From assembly GCA_964357635.1 (NCBI GenBank), contig CAYHLZ010000001.1, positions 133,166-197,165 on the forward strand: a stretch of 64,000 nt of DNA. Reading direction: 5' to 3'. Numbering within the stretch: position 1 is the stretch's first letter; each line of letters starts with the position of its first letter. Below, one piece after another: positions 35,393 through 45,260 of the stretch. The notes beneath the pieces are model-generated. The model was not told where the DNA came from and ran no database searches. It was given only the letters and a program-made list of their open reading frames with translations. This DNA is from an uncultured Candidatus Saccharibacteria bacterium (GTDB taxonomy: Bacteria; Patescibacteriota; Minisyncoccia; Phycocordibacterales; Zambryskibacteraceae). Position numbers and translations under genes: made by a program.

Positions 35393-37153
35393 TTAAGAAC
35401 GAGGCGGGGGTGGCGCTTCCCTATCTGGGGCGATGTTGTAGTAGTTAATAAGAAACTTGGCCATTTCTATAAAACTTTCTGTCAGAGTTTCTGATGCGTA
35501 CTTAACGTTCTTGGGATAGTAAGTAAAGAGAAAGACCAGAAACTCTGGATCATATGCCGGGAAGTAACCGAAGAAAGAGTGAAAGTAGCGGTCCTCGTAG
35601 TAACCTCCTCCGCCCGGTTTTGCAATCTGTGCTGTGCCGGTCTTTGCGGCAATAGAATGATGTTCTAGTCGCACGGTGCCGTCGCGAAGAGACCTGTCAA
35701 CAACTTCGGTAAGCATGCGCGATATCTCTGCTGAAGATTCTTCGGACAAGACTCGGACTCTTTCTTCTTCTGTGGGATACGAAATAATTTTGGTTGTGCC
35801 AATTTTATATTTAACCTCTTTTACTAAGTGCGGAGTGATAAGTGTCCCGCCATTGGCCAGAGCCGAAAGAGTTCGCACCATCATGATAGGAGTAAGAGCA
35901 ATACCTTGCCCGAACGAAGCTTGAGCGGGCTCCAGGTCACGATTTGTTTTCAAATTGGAAACCAGAGACTTGCCTTCATTGGGCAGGTCAATGCCGGTAG
36001 TTTCTTCAAGACCGAAGGCAAGCATGGCTTTACTAAACTTCTCGCTTCCCACTCGAGAGACAACGTGAGCTGCTCCGGTGTTTAGTGATTTGGAGAGTAC
36101 TGTCTGCATTGAAATGTACGTGCCGTGCGACTTACCGTCATAATTGCAGAAGTTTCTGGTGTTTAAAGTTATACAACCTGGGTCGTTGTAAGTGGTTCTT
36201 GCTGTGATAGCACCCTCGTTAAGCCCAATGGCAAGAGTCACTGCTTTCAAGATTGAGCCCATCTCATAACGGTCTTCTACTAACTTATTTCTGAAGACTC
36301 CAGCACCACTTTCAGACTGTGGAGAGTTGGGGTTAAAGGTTGGTGTGAGTGCCATGGCATATATCTCTCCAGTATTTGGGTCAATAACTACTCCACCGGT
36401 AAAATCGGAAGAATAAGTTTGAGATACCTTTGCTATCTCTCGTTCAAGAAATGCTTCAACAGAGGGCTCTATGGTCGTTACGATATCCCCTTCCAAACTT
36501 TCATCTTCACTAACCACTTTCTTTATATTTGAGAAGATTTCAGCAAAGAAATTAACAAAAATCCCTTCAGCATCTCTTTTGAGTACCGGCTCAAAAAGGC
36601 TTTCTAGTCCGTAGCGCCCCGCAAGCTCATCTCCACTGTAGCCAACGAGCCCAAGCACATGCGCCGCCGCCGTCTCTCCCGGATAAGCGCGCCATCTTTC
36701 TCCAGAGACAAGAACACCAGGGATTTTAAGAGCCTTTATTTTCTCTGCTGTGCTTGCTTGCAGGCGCCTTGCCAATTCTTCGTAGGGGTCACTAGTCTTC
36801 TTTGCTTTAGCCAAAAATTCTTCTTTATCTATCTCTGTAATGTTTGTAATCTTTGTATATGTTTCTTCCAAATTGCTATTCTCACTCAAAATACTTGGGT
36901 TTATGTGGAGAATGAATCCAGTCTTAATAGATGCTCCTGGGACCAAGCTGCCATTTTTATCTGTGAAGAAAATGGACCCACGGTCAAAATAATTCTCCCC
37001 TGCTAGGTATTGGTCCTCTGCTCTTACTTCGTAACGCTCACTTGTGACAATCTGGACAAAATAAAGTTTTGCTATAAGTAAAAGAGCAAAGATAAGTATA
37101 AAAAGGGAGAGGAGTCGCAGTCGGCCACTATGAGCACTCTTGTGAGCACGCAT
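35393..37153 (-). CDS. ftsI: Penicillin-binding protein 2 / FtsI-type transpeptidase
   Basis: N-terminal TM segment, a PBP dimerisation domain, and a transpeptidase domain with 'SILKAV' (SxxK) and 'KTGTA'. Confidence 0.88.
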   Translation of the reverse strand: MRAHKSAHSGRLRLLSLFILIFALLLIAKLYFVQIVTSERYEVRAEDQYLAGENYFDRGSIFFTDKNGSLVPGASIKTGFILHINPSILSENSNLEETYTKITNITEIDKEEFLAKAKKTSDPYEELARRLQASTAEKIKALKIPGVLVSGERWRAYPGETAAAHVLGLVGYSGDELAGRYGLESLFEPVLKRDAEGIFVNFFAEIFSNIKKVVSEDESLEGDIVTTIEPSVEAFLEREIAKVSQTYSSDFTGGVVIDPNTGEIYAMALTPTFNPNSPQSESGAGVFRNKLVEDRYEMGSILKAVTLAIGLNEGAITARTTYNDPGCITLNTRNFCNYDGKSHGTYISMQTVLSKSLNTGAAHVVSRVGSEKFSKAMLAFGLEETTGIDLPNEGKSLVSNLKTNRDLEPAQASFGQGIALTPIMMVRTLSALANGGTLITPHLVKEVKYKIGTTKIISYPTEEERVRVLSEESSAEISRMLTEVVDRSLRDGTVRLEHHSIAAKTGTAQIAKPGGGGYYEDRYFHSFFGYFPAYDPEFLVFLFTYYPKNVKYASETLTESFIEMAKFLINYYNIAPDREAPPPPRS

Positions 37154-37158
37154 GACTC

Positions 37159-37482
37159 TTATCTGTTAAGAGTGTTGAATGAGAGAGAATTTGCTTGCGT
37201 GCGGGAGACATAGAGAGGATTCTTGTTCTCCTTGAAACCGCGCTCAAAGGCAAGTTCTAAAGTGACATTGTTCTTTAATCTAATGTAAGCAAACTCCAAT
37301 GAGTCAAGGTTTGCCCCATCTCGCGCCATTTGTCTTTCCAAATTTTGTCCAAAAGCGGCATTTCTAGCAGTAACGTTTATAGCGTAGATATAGACAACGA
37401 GAGAAAGTATTGAAAGGGCGGACATAATCCAGAAAAAGCGCACTCTGTCTTGGTATGAAATTGTTTTTATTTTACTAATCAT
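37159..37482 (-). CDS. ftsL: Cell-division protein FtsL-like (bitopic membrane protein)
   Basis: 107 aa with one TM segment. Its position between rsmH and ftsI matches the conserved gene order. Confidence 0.65.
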   Translation of the reverse strand: MISKIKTISYQDRVRFFWIMSALSILSLVVYIYAINVTARNAAFGQNLERQMARDGANLDSLEFAYIRLKNNVTLELAFERGFKENKNPLYVSRTQANSLSFNTLNR

Positions 37483-38342
37483 ATTTTTTCTATAACTCGT
37501 AACTTGGCACTTCGTGAACGCGGGTTTCTTTCCATCTCCTCCTTACTTGCTGTTATTGGTTTTATTCTCTTGCCAACCCTTCTTGCAGATCCTTCTTTTA
37601 TTCTGTCGCGGAAGAAGTTTTTTACTATCCTGTCTTCTCCGCTGTGGAAGGATATAACCACAAACCTTCCTTCTTCTTTTAGTACTCTGAAGCCTTTCTC
37701 TAAACCGTGCTCTAGGGCGGTGAGTTCGTCGTTGACCGCAATGCGCAAAGCTTGAAAGGTCTTAGTGGCAGGATGAATCTTGTCTCTGAAAGTTCTTGGT
37801 CTTACCTTAAGCACCGTATCTACGAGGTCAAAGGTGGTTTCAAATGGCTTTCTTTGCCTCCTTAGAACAATTTCTCTTGCAATTTTTTTTGAGAATTTTT
37901 CTTCCCCAAAACCACGTAAGACCACCTCAAGCGCAGATTCGTCCCAAGAGTTGAGTAAATCTTTTGCCATGATCCCTTCAGCCGACATGCGCATATCTAG
38001 CGGTTCATCTCTAAGAAAAGAGAATCCCTTACCCGAGTGTTCTAGTTGGTCACTAGATATCCCGAGGTCAAAAAGAATGGCGTCAACTTCTCCGACAGAG
38101 AGTTTTTTCAAAACTTGGTCAAGGTTCCTGAAACTTTCTTGTCTTGTTTCTATCCCCAACTCTTGGGCGTGAAGAACCGCATCTCTGTCACGATCTAGTC
38201 CAACGATTTTTACTTTCGGAAAGCGCCGCAACACTTCCCGAGAGTGTCCGCCTCCGCCAATGGTAGCGTCGAGGAAGATTTCTCCGTTTTCTAGATCAAG
38301 AGCACTAATTGTTTCCTGTAAAAGAACGCTTATATGGATCAT
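37479..38342 (-). CDS. rsmH: 16S rRNA (cytosine1402-N4)-methyltransferase RsmH (MraW)
   Basis: 'HISVLLQETISALDL...DATIGGGGHS'. Confidence 0.9.
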   Translation of the reverse strand: MIHISVLLQETISALDLENGEIFLDATIGGGGHSREVLRRFPKVKIVGLDRDRDAVLHAQELGIETRQESFRNLDQVLKKLSVGEVDAILFDLGISSDQLEHSGKGFSFLRDEPLDMRMSAEGIMAKDLLNSWDESALEVVLRGFGEEKFSKKIAREIVLRRQRKPFETTFDLVDTVLKVRPRTFRDKIHPATKTFQALRIAVNDELTALEHGLEKGFRVLKEEGRFVVISFHSGEDRIVKNFFRDRIKEGSARRVGKRIKPITASKEEMERNPRSRSAKLRVIEKI

Positions 38343-38343
38343 T

Positions 38344-38775
38344 TCACTTTAGAGAAACTGTGCCCAGTTTCTCAGCCATCATGTCAGCTTGGGACTCAAT
38401 CTTTCTTTTGTAGGCATCCCAACGTTTCTTGTTCCAGATTTCAATGCGGTCATGGACACCGGCAAAGATTACTGGACTTAGAAGTTCCGCAAACTCTCGG
38501 AGATAGTCTGGGATAAGGATTCTACCCATAGAGTCAACATCTATCTCGGATGCGCCACTAAACATAAAGCGAGTGAAGCCTCTGGCATCGGCACGCCAGC
38601 CAAGTTTTGCCATCTCCTTGGAATTTGCCTCCCAAGTTTTTTGGGGAAAGAGAAAGAGACAATTATCTAAGCCTCGAGTAACAACCACTTTCTTACCAAG
38701 TTCCTTACGGAACTTGGCTGGCAGTGAGATTCTATTTTTGTCATCTACTGTGTGTTTATACTCGCCGATTAGCAT
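38344..38775 (-). CDS. mraZ: Transcriptional regulator MraZ
   Basis: 'MLIGEYKHTVDDKNRISLPAKFRKELGKKVVVTRGLDNCLFLFP' contains the duplicated SpoVT/AbrB-like halves. Confidence 0.88.
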   Translation of the reverse strand: MLIGEYKHTVDDKNRISLPAKFRKELGKKVVVTRGLDNCLFLFPQKTWEANSKEMAKLGWRADARGFTRFMFSGASEIDVDSMGRILIPDYLREFAELLSPVIFAGVHDRIEIWNKKRWDAYKRKIESQADMMAEKLGTVSLK

Positions 38776-38896
38776 AATAGTTTGTTTCCCACTCTTTCCC
38801 ACCTGACTGAAAGTATATCCCACCACTTGCCACACTACTACCAAAGTTATCCACTTTCTATCCACACGTGCCTCATGAGAATGCTAATATAAAGCT

Positions 38897-39532
38897 ATGA
38901 ATAGCCCTAAAAAAGGAAAAACTATTTTTATTTTTTCCATATTTTTTGTTGTTTTAATTGTCTTTTTATATTTTATGTTTACTGGAAATAAAAATATAAA
39001 AAATTATCCCTCAGAAGGCGAAGACATTATTGCTTTTGGAGATAGTTTGGTGGAAGGAGTGGGTGCCTCAAGTGAAGAGAATAATTTTGTTTCACTTCTG
39101 GGAGAAAAAATTGGAAAACCAATTATAAATCTTGGTGTCTCCGGTAATACCACAGAAGATGGACTGGAGCGTCTTAATGAGCTTGATGAATATAATCCTA
39201 AAATAGTTTTACTTCTTTTGGGTGGCAACGATCATCTTAAAAAAGTTCCAAGAGAAACCACATTCCAAAATTTGGGAAAAATAATAGAAAACATCCAAGC
39301 CAGAGGTGCGGTAGTTATCCTCTTGGGTGTGAGGGGCAATCTCTTTGTAGACGGTTTTGACGAAGAGTTTGAAAAGCTAGAGAGTAAGTACAAGACAGCT
39401 TATGTCTCTGATGTTTTAGACGGACTCTTTAACAACACTAAGTATATGTCAGATGTCATACACCCAAACGATCTTGGGTATGAAAAAATTGCTTTGCGAA
39501 TCTATCCAGTATTACTAGAAGTTTTAGAATAA
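38897..39532 (+). CDS. SGNH/GDSL-family hydrolase (lipase/acylesterase), membrane-anchored
   Basis: 'IIAFGDSLVEGVG' block I, plus downstream 'GGND' and 'DxxHP' blocks. Confidence 0.8.
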   Translation: MNSPKKGKTIFIFSIFFVVLIVFLYFMFTGNKNIKNYPSEGEDIIAFGDSLVEGVGASSEENNFVSLLGEKIGKPIINLGVSGNTTEDGLERLNELDEYNPKIVLLLLGGNDHLKKVPRETTFQNLGKIIENIQARGAVVILLGVRGNLFVDGFDEEFEKLESKYKTAYVSDVLDGLFNNTKYMSDVIHPNDLGYEKIALRIYPVLLEVLE

Positions 39533-39533
39533 A

Positions 39534-41495
39534 CTAAACATCAAGGACTGCTTTCTTGGCGTTAGATTGGATAAAACTTTTTCTTGACGGCACATCACTA
39601 CCCATAAGGACATCAAAGATACGATCTGCTTCCCTTCCATCTTCCACCGTGACCTGTTTCAAGACTCGTGCCTCTGGGTTCATGGTGGTTTCCCAAAGTT
39701 CTTCAGAATTCATTTCTCCCAAACCTTTGTAACGCTGGATGTCTGCACCGGAGACAGTTTTTGCATCCTTCTCTTTGTCGGAATAGGCATAAATAATTTC
39801 CTTACCTTTCTTAATTTTATAGAGCGGTGGTTGCGCTATGTAGACATGTCCGGCATCAACGAGAGGGCGGAAAAATCTATAAAGAAGCGTCAGTAACAAA
39901 GTTCTAATGTGTGCACCGTCCACATCAGCATCGGTGGCAATAATAATTTTATGATATCTAAGTTTTGTAATATCAAAGGTATCCCCTATGGCTGTACCAA
40001 AGGCCACTACCAAGTTTTTTATCTGTTCACTGGCAAGCATTTTATCAAGGCGGGCTCGTTCAATGTTTAAAATCTTACCGCGTAGTGGCAGGATGGCTTG
40101 AATGCGTCTGTCTCTTCCCATCTTGGCAGTACCACCCGCCGAGTCTCCCTCTACAATAAAAAGCTCTGACTCTTCTGCTGAACGCGACTGGCAGTCTGCA
40201 AGTTTACCTGGAAGAGTCATGCCTTCAAGTGCACCCTTACGCAAAACAGAATCTTTGGCTGCCTTTGCCGCCTTTCTCGCTTTAAGGGCCAACACTACTT
40301 TCTGGATAACACTCCTTGCATCATCTGGGTTTTCTTCTAGGAAGTTTGAGAAAGCGTCTCCGAAAACGCTTGTTACCATGCTCTGCGCCTCAACGCTACC
40401 GAGTTTAGACTTGGTTTGTCCCTCAAATTGAATTTCACGTAATTTTATTGAAATTACCGCTGTCAGACCTTCAAGAACGTCGTCTCCAGTGAAATTATCC
40501 TCTTTTTCACTTACCAGATTATTTTTGCGGGCATAAGTATTTAGGCTTCTCGTTAAAGCTGTTTTGAAACCCGTGACGTGAGTACCCCCTTCAGCGGTAT
40601 AAATGTTGTTGGCAAAAGGCAGGATTCTAGAAGAAATGTCATCAACATACTGAAGCGAAACCTCAACCGTTTCGTAATCATTACCATTGGCCTTCTTTTC
40701 AACATAGAAAATATTTTTGTGTATCGGCTTGGAGTGCTCGTTTTCAAATCGCACCAAGGATACAAGCCCTCCTTCAAAATAAAAAGACATTGATGGAGTA
40801 TCAAGTCCCAACTCTCTCATATAGAAGACTTTAGAATCATCTACCTTCGCTATCTCTCTTGCGTCTAAAACAGAAATACGAAGACCCTTTACTAAATAAG
40901 CTTGCTGGCGAAGATGGTTGGCAATGCGGTCAAAGTTAAAGTTGGTGTCTGGGAAAATGGCGGAGTCTGGTTGAAAAGTGATAATAGTGCCGTTAAGTTT
41001 TGAGCTACCAATCTTTTTAACGGCGCTTTTACGTTTACCTTGGCTGTATTCTTGCATAAAGACACCACCGTCTCTGTGCACCTCTGCCTTGCAGTATATT
41101 GACAAGGCGTTCACCACGGAACCACCAACACCATGGAGTCCGCCGGATATCTTGTATCCCTCACCACCAAACTTTCCTCCCGCGTGCAAGGTTGTCATGA
41201 TAGTCTCAAGAGCAGAAACTTTTGTTTGCTTGTGGGTATCAACTGGGATACCTCTGCCGTTGTCTGCCACTCGTACCCTGTTTCCTGGCATCAAGGTAAT
41301 CTCTATGTTATTGGCAAAGCCACCCATGGCTTCGTCCCTAGAGTTGTCAAATATCTCCGTTACCAAGTGGTGAAGACCATCTGGTCCGGTGGTACCAATA
41401 TACATACCCGGTCGCTTGCGGACCGGTTCTAGACCCTCTAGAACTGTGATAGATTCAGCACTGTAATTGCCACTAGTTTTGACTGGTTTCGGCAT
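39534..41495 (-). CDS. gyrB: DNA gyrase subunit B
   Basis: 'YSAESITVLEGLEPVRKRPGMYIGTTGPDGLHHLVTEIFDNSRDEAMGG' GHKL ATPase domain. Toprim motifs 'EGDSAGG' and 'IIATDADVDGAHI'. Confidence 0.9.
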   Translation of the reverse strand: MPKPVKTSGNYSAESITVLEGLEPVRKRPGMYIGTTGPDGLHHLVTEIFDNSRDEAMGGFANNIEITLMPGNRVRVADNGRGIPVDTHKQTKVSALETIMTTLHAGGKFGGEGYKISGGLHGVGGSVVNALSIYCKAEVHRDGGVFMQEYSQGKRKSAVKKIGSSKLNGTIITFQPDSAIFPDTNFNFDRIANHLRQQAYLVKGLRISVLDAREIAKVDDSKVFYMRELGLDTPSMSFYFEGGLVSLVRFENEHSKPIHKNIFYVEKKANGNDYETVEVSLQYVDDISSRILPFANNIYTAEGGTHVTGFKTALTRSLNTYARKNNLVSEKEDNFTGDDVLEGLTAVISIKLREIQFEGQTKSKLGSVEAQSMVTSVFGDAFSNFLEENPDDARSVIQKVVLALKARKAAKAAKDSVLRKGALEGMTLPGKLADCQSRSAEESELFIVEGDSAGGTAKMGRDRRIQAILPLRGKILNIERARLDKMLASEQIKNLVVAFGTAIGDTFDITKLRYHKIIIATDADVDGAHIRTLLLTLLYRFFRPLVDAGHVYIAQPPLYKIKKGKEIIYAYSDKEKDAKTVSGADIQRYKGLGEMNSEELWETTMNPEARVLKQVTVEDGREADRIFDVLMGSDVPSRKSFIQSNAKKAVLDV

Positions 41496-41564
41496 CTGTT
41501 TTTACTATTTTCTATAAGCCCATTTTAGCATAAATAGGCTTTAAAAGAAAGGACTTTTTGGGGA

Positions 41565-42719
41565 TTAGACCCTGCGAATTTCGGCTCTAAAATCAGCCAC
41601 AGTCTTGTCTTCTAATCCAGCGTGCAAGGTGTTAACTTCTGCATTGGTTAAAGTTCTCTCTAGGCTCCTATAAGTGATACGGAAGGTATAACTTAACTTC
41701 CCTTCTCCGAACTTTTTATCATTCTCAAATTTGTCTAAAAGAAGAACTTCTTCCGCAAAATCGCCAAGGTGGTCTCGAATTAAGTCAAAATAATTGTTCG
41801 GGATAAAGCTTTTAGGAACAACAAAAGAGATGTCACGGACGACTGGTGGGAACTTAGAAACCTCTTTAAACTTGTTACCAAGCTTTAACTGCTTCAGGAC
41901 CCGCTCGTCTTCTGACCAGAGAAGTCTAATATCCGGTAGATCCATGGAAGCGATTGCCAAACGCTCAAGACCAAAGCCGAATGCCCAGCCGTTGTAACCC
42001 TCCAGTCCAAAGTTTGATAAAACAGTCTTTCTCGGCAGACCAGAACCAAGCATTTCCATCCAGTTACCATTGATTTTTGCCTCCATCTCAAAACTTGGAT
42101 CAGTATAAGGAAAGTTGTGATCATAGAATCGGAATTCAACTTTATCTCCAAATATGTTTCTAGCAATTTCACTTAGAACATTTTTAAGATCTTCCGGAGT
42201 TACCTTTTGTTTTGAATCAGGAGCAAGATATAGTCCACCTATCTGATGGAAGACGTTCATGTGTTTCCTGTCAATCTCGTCTTTGCGATAAACTTTACCG
42301 TAACAGATTACCCCCAAAGATTCTTTATTCTCAATTTTCTCCTTAATTTCTGGATGATTAAGAAAGTAGTACCACATAACTGTGTCATGAGTGCGCAAGA
42401 TGAAATCATCGTTTACATAATATGTATCTGATTTACTTCTTGCGGGATGTCCTACTGGCATGTTGAAAAGGTCAAAAGTAACTTGAGTTGGCACTATTTC
42501 AGGAATTTTAATAACATCAAAACCCTTTAAACCTGCTGTTTTTAGGGTTTTTTCTACAATCTCATGAAGTGGACTTCCTTGGGTACGCGAAAGGTCTTTC
42601 ATGTTTAAAAACCGCCTTAGGCGCTCTGATTCTGGGTCTTTCTTCTTCCCCAGCTCTTTCAAAAGCTTCTTTTCCTCCTCTGATTCAATGATTATAGTTT
42701 CGTGCATGTAATCACTCAT
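41565..42719 (-). CDS. pheS: Phenylalanyl-tRNA synthetase alpha-type catalytic subunit fused to a C-terminal FDX-ACB (PheT-type anticodon-binding) domain
   Basis: Class II core containing 'FPYTDPSFEMEAK...GWAFGFGLERLAIA'. The C-terminal ~100 aa 'SKFPPVVRDISFVVPK...KLSYTFRITYRSLERTLTNAEVN' matches the FDX-ACB domain normally found at the C-terminus of PheT. No pheT is adjacent. Confidence 0.85.
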   Translation of the reverse strand: MSDYMHETIIIESEEEKKLLKELGKKKDPESERLRRFLNMKDLSRTQGSPLHEIVEKTLKTAGLKGFDVIKIPEIVPTQVTFDLFNMPVGHPARSKSDTYYVNDDFILRTHDTVMWYYFLNHPEIKEKIENKESLGVICYGKVYRKDEIDRKHMNVFHQIGGLYLAPDSKQKVTPEDLKNVLSEIARNIFGDKVEFRFYDHNFPYTDPSFEMEAKINGNWMEMLGSGLPRKTVLSNFGLEGYNGWAFGFGLERLAIASMDLPDIRLLWSEDERVLKQLKLGNKFKEVSKFPPVVRDISFVVPKSFIPNNYFDLIRDHLGDFAEEVLLLDKFENDKKFGEGKLSYTFRITYRSLERTLTNAEVNTLHAGLEDKTVADFRAEIRRV

Positions 42720-42784
42720 TATACGAAAAAAGCTTGAAAAAGTCTAAATAAGCCTATACAATCTAGCAATTGTAGTTTCAAGTC

Positions 42785-44023
42785 ATGGACATCCAAGATA
42801 TTATTTTATACGTCTCGCTCTTTATCTCTCTCTTTTTTGAGGTTTTTCTTTTGATTACTTATCTCGAAGTGCGCGAGGAGCTTGTTTTGGAAAAAAGACA
42901 TCTTGCTAAAGATATAAAACAGTTTCCAACGGTAAGCATTATTGTGCCATGTTTCAATGAGGAAAAAACAGTTGTCTCCACCTTAGAGTCACTTCTCAAG
43001 CTTGATTATCCTAAAGAAAAACTTTCTATCATTGTTGTGGACGATGGCTCAACTGATAACACGGCCGAAGAACTTCTTAAATTTAAAGAGCACTCTCAAA
43101 TCAGTATTTTGTCTAAAACGAATGGTGGTAAGCACACAGCGCTTAATTTTGCTCTAGAGAAGATAAATACTGACTTAGTTGGATGTCTTGATGCTGATTC
43201 TTTTGTTAATCCCGACGCGTTAAAAAAGATTATTCCCTTCTTTGATGATCTGGATATTAAGGCTGTTACCCCGTCTATCAAGGTATTTGAGCCTAAAAGC
43301 GTCTTACAATATGTGCAAAAGATTGAATACAGCTGGGGAATATTCTTGCGCCGAATGCTCTCATCTTTAGGGGCACTCTATATTACCCCTGGGCCATTCT
43401 CAATTTTTCGCACCCAAGTGTTCAAAAGTCTCGGTGGATATGTGCACGGGCACCACACGGAAGATTTGGAAATGGCCCTACGTCTTCAGAAAAATCGCTA
43501 CAAAATTGTTAACTCTCATGGTGCGCATGTCTATACCTCTACCCCAGCGCAACTCCAGGGACTTTTTAAGCAAAGAGTTCGTTGGACATACGGTTTTCTA
43601 AATAACGCTATAGATTACCGAGAAATGTTCTTTAATAAAAAATATGGCAATATTGGCTTCTTTATTCTCCCTATCGCGACCGTCTCAATTTTCACTGTTC
43701 TATACACTGTTGGCAATGTAGTCTGGAACAGTCTGTCCAGGGTTTTTGACGCAGTAATCAGATATCGTACTGTTGGCATAAGTTGGGAATTCCCTTCTTT
43801 TGATTGGTATTTTCTCAATACCAATGTTACGGCAATTCTTGCCATAAGTGCTATCATATTTACTTTTGTGATTCTTTACCTCTCAATCAAGATGGCTGAC
43901 GGTAAAGCCAAGTTCTCAAAAGGCGTTTTCTATTATCTGGTACTCTACATTTTCCTAGTGCCCTTGTGGTTGACCAAAGCACTGTTTAACACCATTTTTA
44001 AGAGACAAATCAGCTGGAGATGA
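42785..44023 (+). CDS. Processive family-2 glycosyltransferase (PgaC/NodC/cellulose-synthase-like), membrane-embedded
   Basis: 'VSIIVPCFNEE', 'VVDDGSTDNT', 'LDADS' and 'QRVRWTYG' (QxxRW motif). Multiple C-terminal TM segments. Confidence 0.85.
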   Translation: MDIQDIILYVSLFISLFFEVFLLITYLEVREELVLEKRHLAKDIKQFPTVSIIVPCFNEEKTVVSTLESLLKLDYPKEKLSIIVVDDGSTDNTAEELLKFKEHSQISILSKTNGGKHTALNFALEKINTDLVGCLDADSFVNPDALKKIIPFFDDLDIKAVTPSIKVFEPKSVLQYVQKIEYSWGIFLRRMLSSLGALYITPGPFSIFRTQVFKSLGGYVHGHHTEDLEMALRLQKNRYKIVNSHGAHVYTSTPAQLQGLFKQRVRWTYGFLNNAIDYREMFFNKKYGNIGFFILPIATVSIFTVLYTVGNVVWNSLSRVFDAVIRYRTVGISWEFPSFDWYFLNTNVTAILAISAIIFTFVILYLSIKMADGKAKFSKGVFYYLVLYIFLVPLWLTKALFNTIFKRQISWR

Positions 44024-44721
44024 TGGATTCAAAGAAGTACATCGTGGCGTTTCTTATCACTGCTGTTATCTTTGGCACTGCTATTTTTGTATCCAACATC
44101 CTGAATCAGAAAAAACTGGAAGATGTTCGTGTCATAGAAAACCGCGTAGCATTAGACATCCTCTCTTCAGAAACACAATTTGCTCTTCTTGAAGAGACTT
44201 CTTGTTCAGATATTGGCCCAGGATTTCTATCTAAAGAACTTGGTTCTCTCGGAGAGAAACTTACTTATGCAGAAAATCAGACCGACCTTATAAGTGCCGA
44301 CCTTGAATATCTTAAACGCTCTTATTTCTTACTTGAAATTAAGGATTACCTCTTGATGAAGCGTCTGACAGAGAAATGTGGTATTAAACCAACTTTTATC
44401 CTCTATTTTTATTCAACTGAAAGTTCTTGTGATGATTGCGAGAGAATGGGCTATGTTCTGACTGCTATGCGGGATAAATATCCAGATCTTCGAGTATATT
44501 CATTTGACTACAACTTTGATGTTGGTGCCATAAACACCCTTGTTTCCATATATAAAATTGAGCCAAATCTGCCTGCCATGATTATTAACTCCGATCCATA
44601 TTACGGCTTCTATTCTATTGAAGACCTAGAAACCAAGGTGCCTGCCATACAAAGACTTGCGACAACCCGCACCAAGGCTCTTAAAGAAGCCACCTCAACT
44701 CTAGAAACCCCCACTAACTGA
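44020..44721 (+). CDS. Membrane-anchored hypothetical protein (possible thioredoxin-like CxxC 'SCDDC'), translationally coupled to the GT2 gene
   Basis: ATGA overlap with the GT2 gene. N-terminal TM segment. No confident family assignment. Confidence 0.45.
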   Translation: MMDSKKYIVAFLITAVIFGTAIFVSNILNQKKLEDVRVIENRVALDILSSETQFALLEETSCSDIGPGFLSKELGSLGEKLTYAENQTDLISADLEYLKRSYFLLEIKDYLLMKRLTEKCGIKPTFILYFYSTESSCDDCERMGYVLTAMRDKYPDLRVYSFDYNFDVGAINTLVSIYKIEPNLPAMIINSDPYYGFYSIEDLETKVPAIQRLATTRTKALKEATSTLETPTN

Positions 44722-44793
44722 GCCACCTCCCGGGCTTGAACCGGGGACCTTTACTTTACAAAAGTATTGCTCTACCAACTGAGCTAAGGTGGC
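44721..44793 (-). tRNA. tRNA-Thr (anticodon TGT), 73 nt
   Basis: Acceptor GCCACCT/AGGTGGC; D-arm GCTC-AGTTGGTA-GAGC; anticodon loop TTTGTAA; T-arm CCCGG-TTCAAGC-CCGGG. The 3' end overlaps the stop codon of the upstream gene by 1 nt. Confidence 0.85.
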
Positions 44794-44821
44794 AATGTCC
44801 CGCTATAGCGCGGACGGACTT

Positions 44822-45247
44822 CTACTTTAACTCTTTTTTGTCTTCTTGAGAACTATCTGGGTAAACTTCGTTTACCTCGCCATTCCCCTTCTCTACATCA
44901 GACATATTCTTAAAAAACTCTGATATGCCGTCAGGTTTTTTTAAGAGTCTTGAGTCTCTCATGTTTCCGACATACTGCTCCCTTTTTTCCTTAATGAAAG
45001 AAATTAATTTATTTAATAGATTTCTTGAGCGTATAGGAACTTGTTTTTTAAGGAGAAACCAACTCTTCTCCTTGCTATCTGAATATAAATGCACCATCCT
45101 GTGGTAAAGAGAACGAACATGGATATCGCCACTTGAGATTAGAGTTAGAACGAAGAAAGGTTTTCTTCGTTTTCTCTCTAAACTCTTAGCAGAAAGAAGA
45201 GTTAAGATGGCGAGCCCGGAGACAGTGAATATTGCTATCAATGTCAT
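44822..45247 (-). CDS. Hypothetical membrane-anchored protein
   Basis: 141 aa with an N-terminal TM helix 'LIAIFTVSGLAILTLL'. Confidence 0.45.
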   Translation of the reverse strand: MTLIAIFTVSGLAILTLLSAKSLERKRRKPFFVLTLISSGDIHVRSLYHRMVHLYSDSKEKSWFLLKKQVPIRSRNLLNKLISFIKEKREQYVGNMRDSRLLKKPDGISEFFKNMSDVEKGNGEVNEVYPDSSQEDKKELK

Positions 45248-45260
45248 TTTTGATTTTTTC

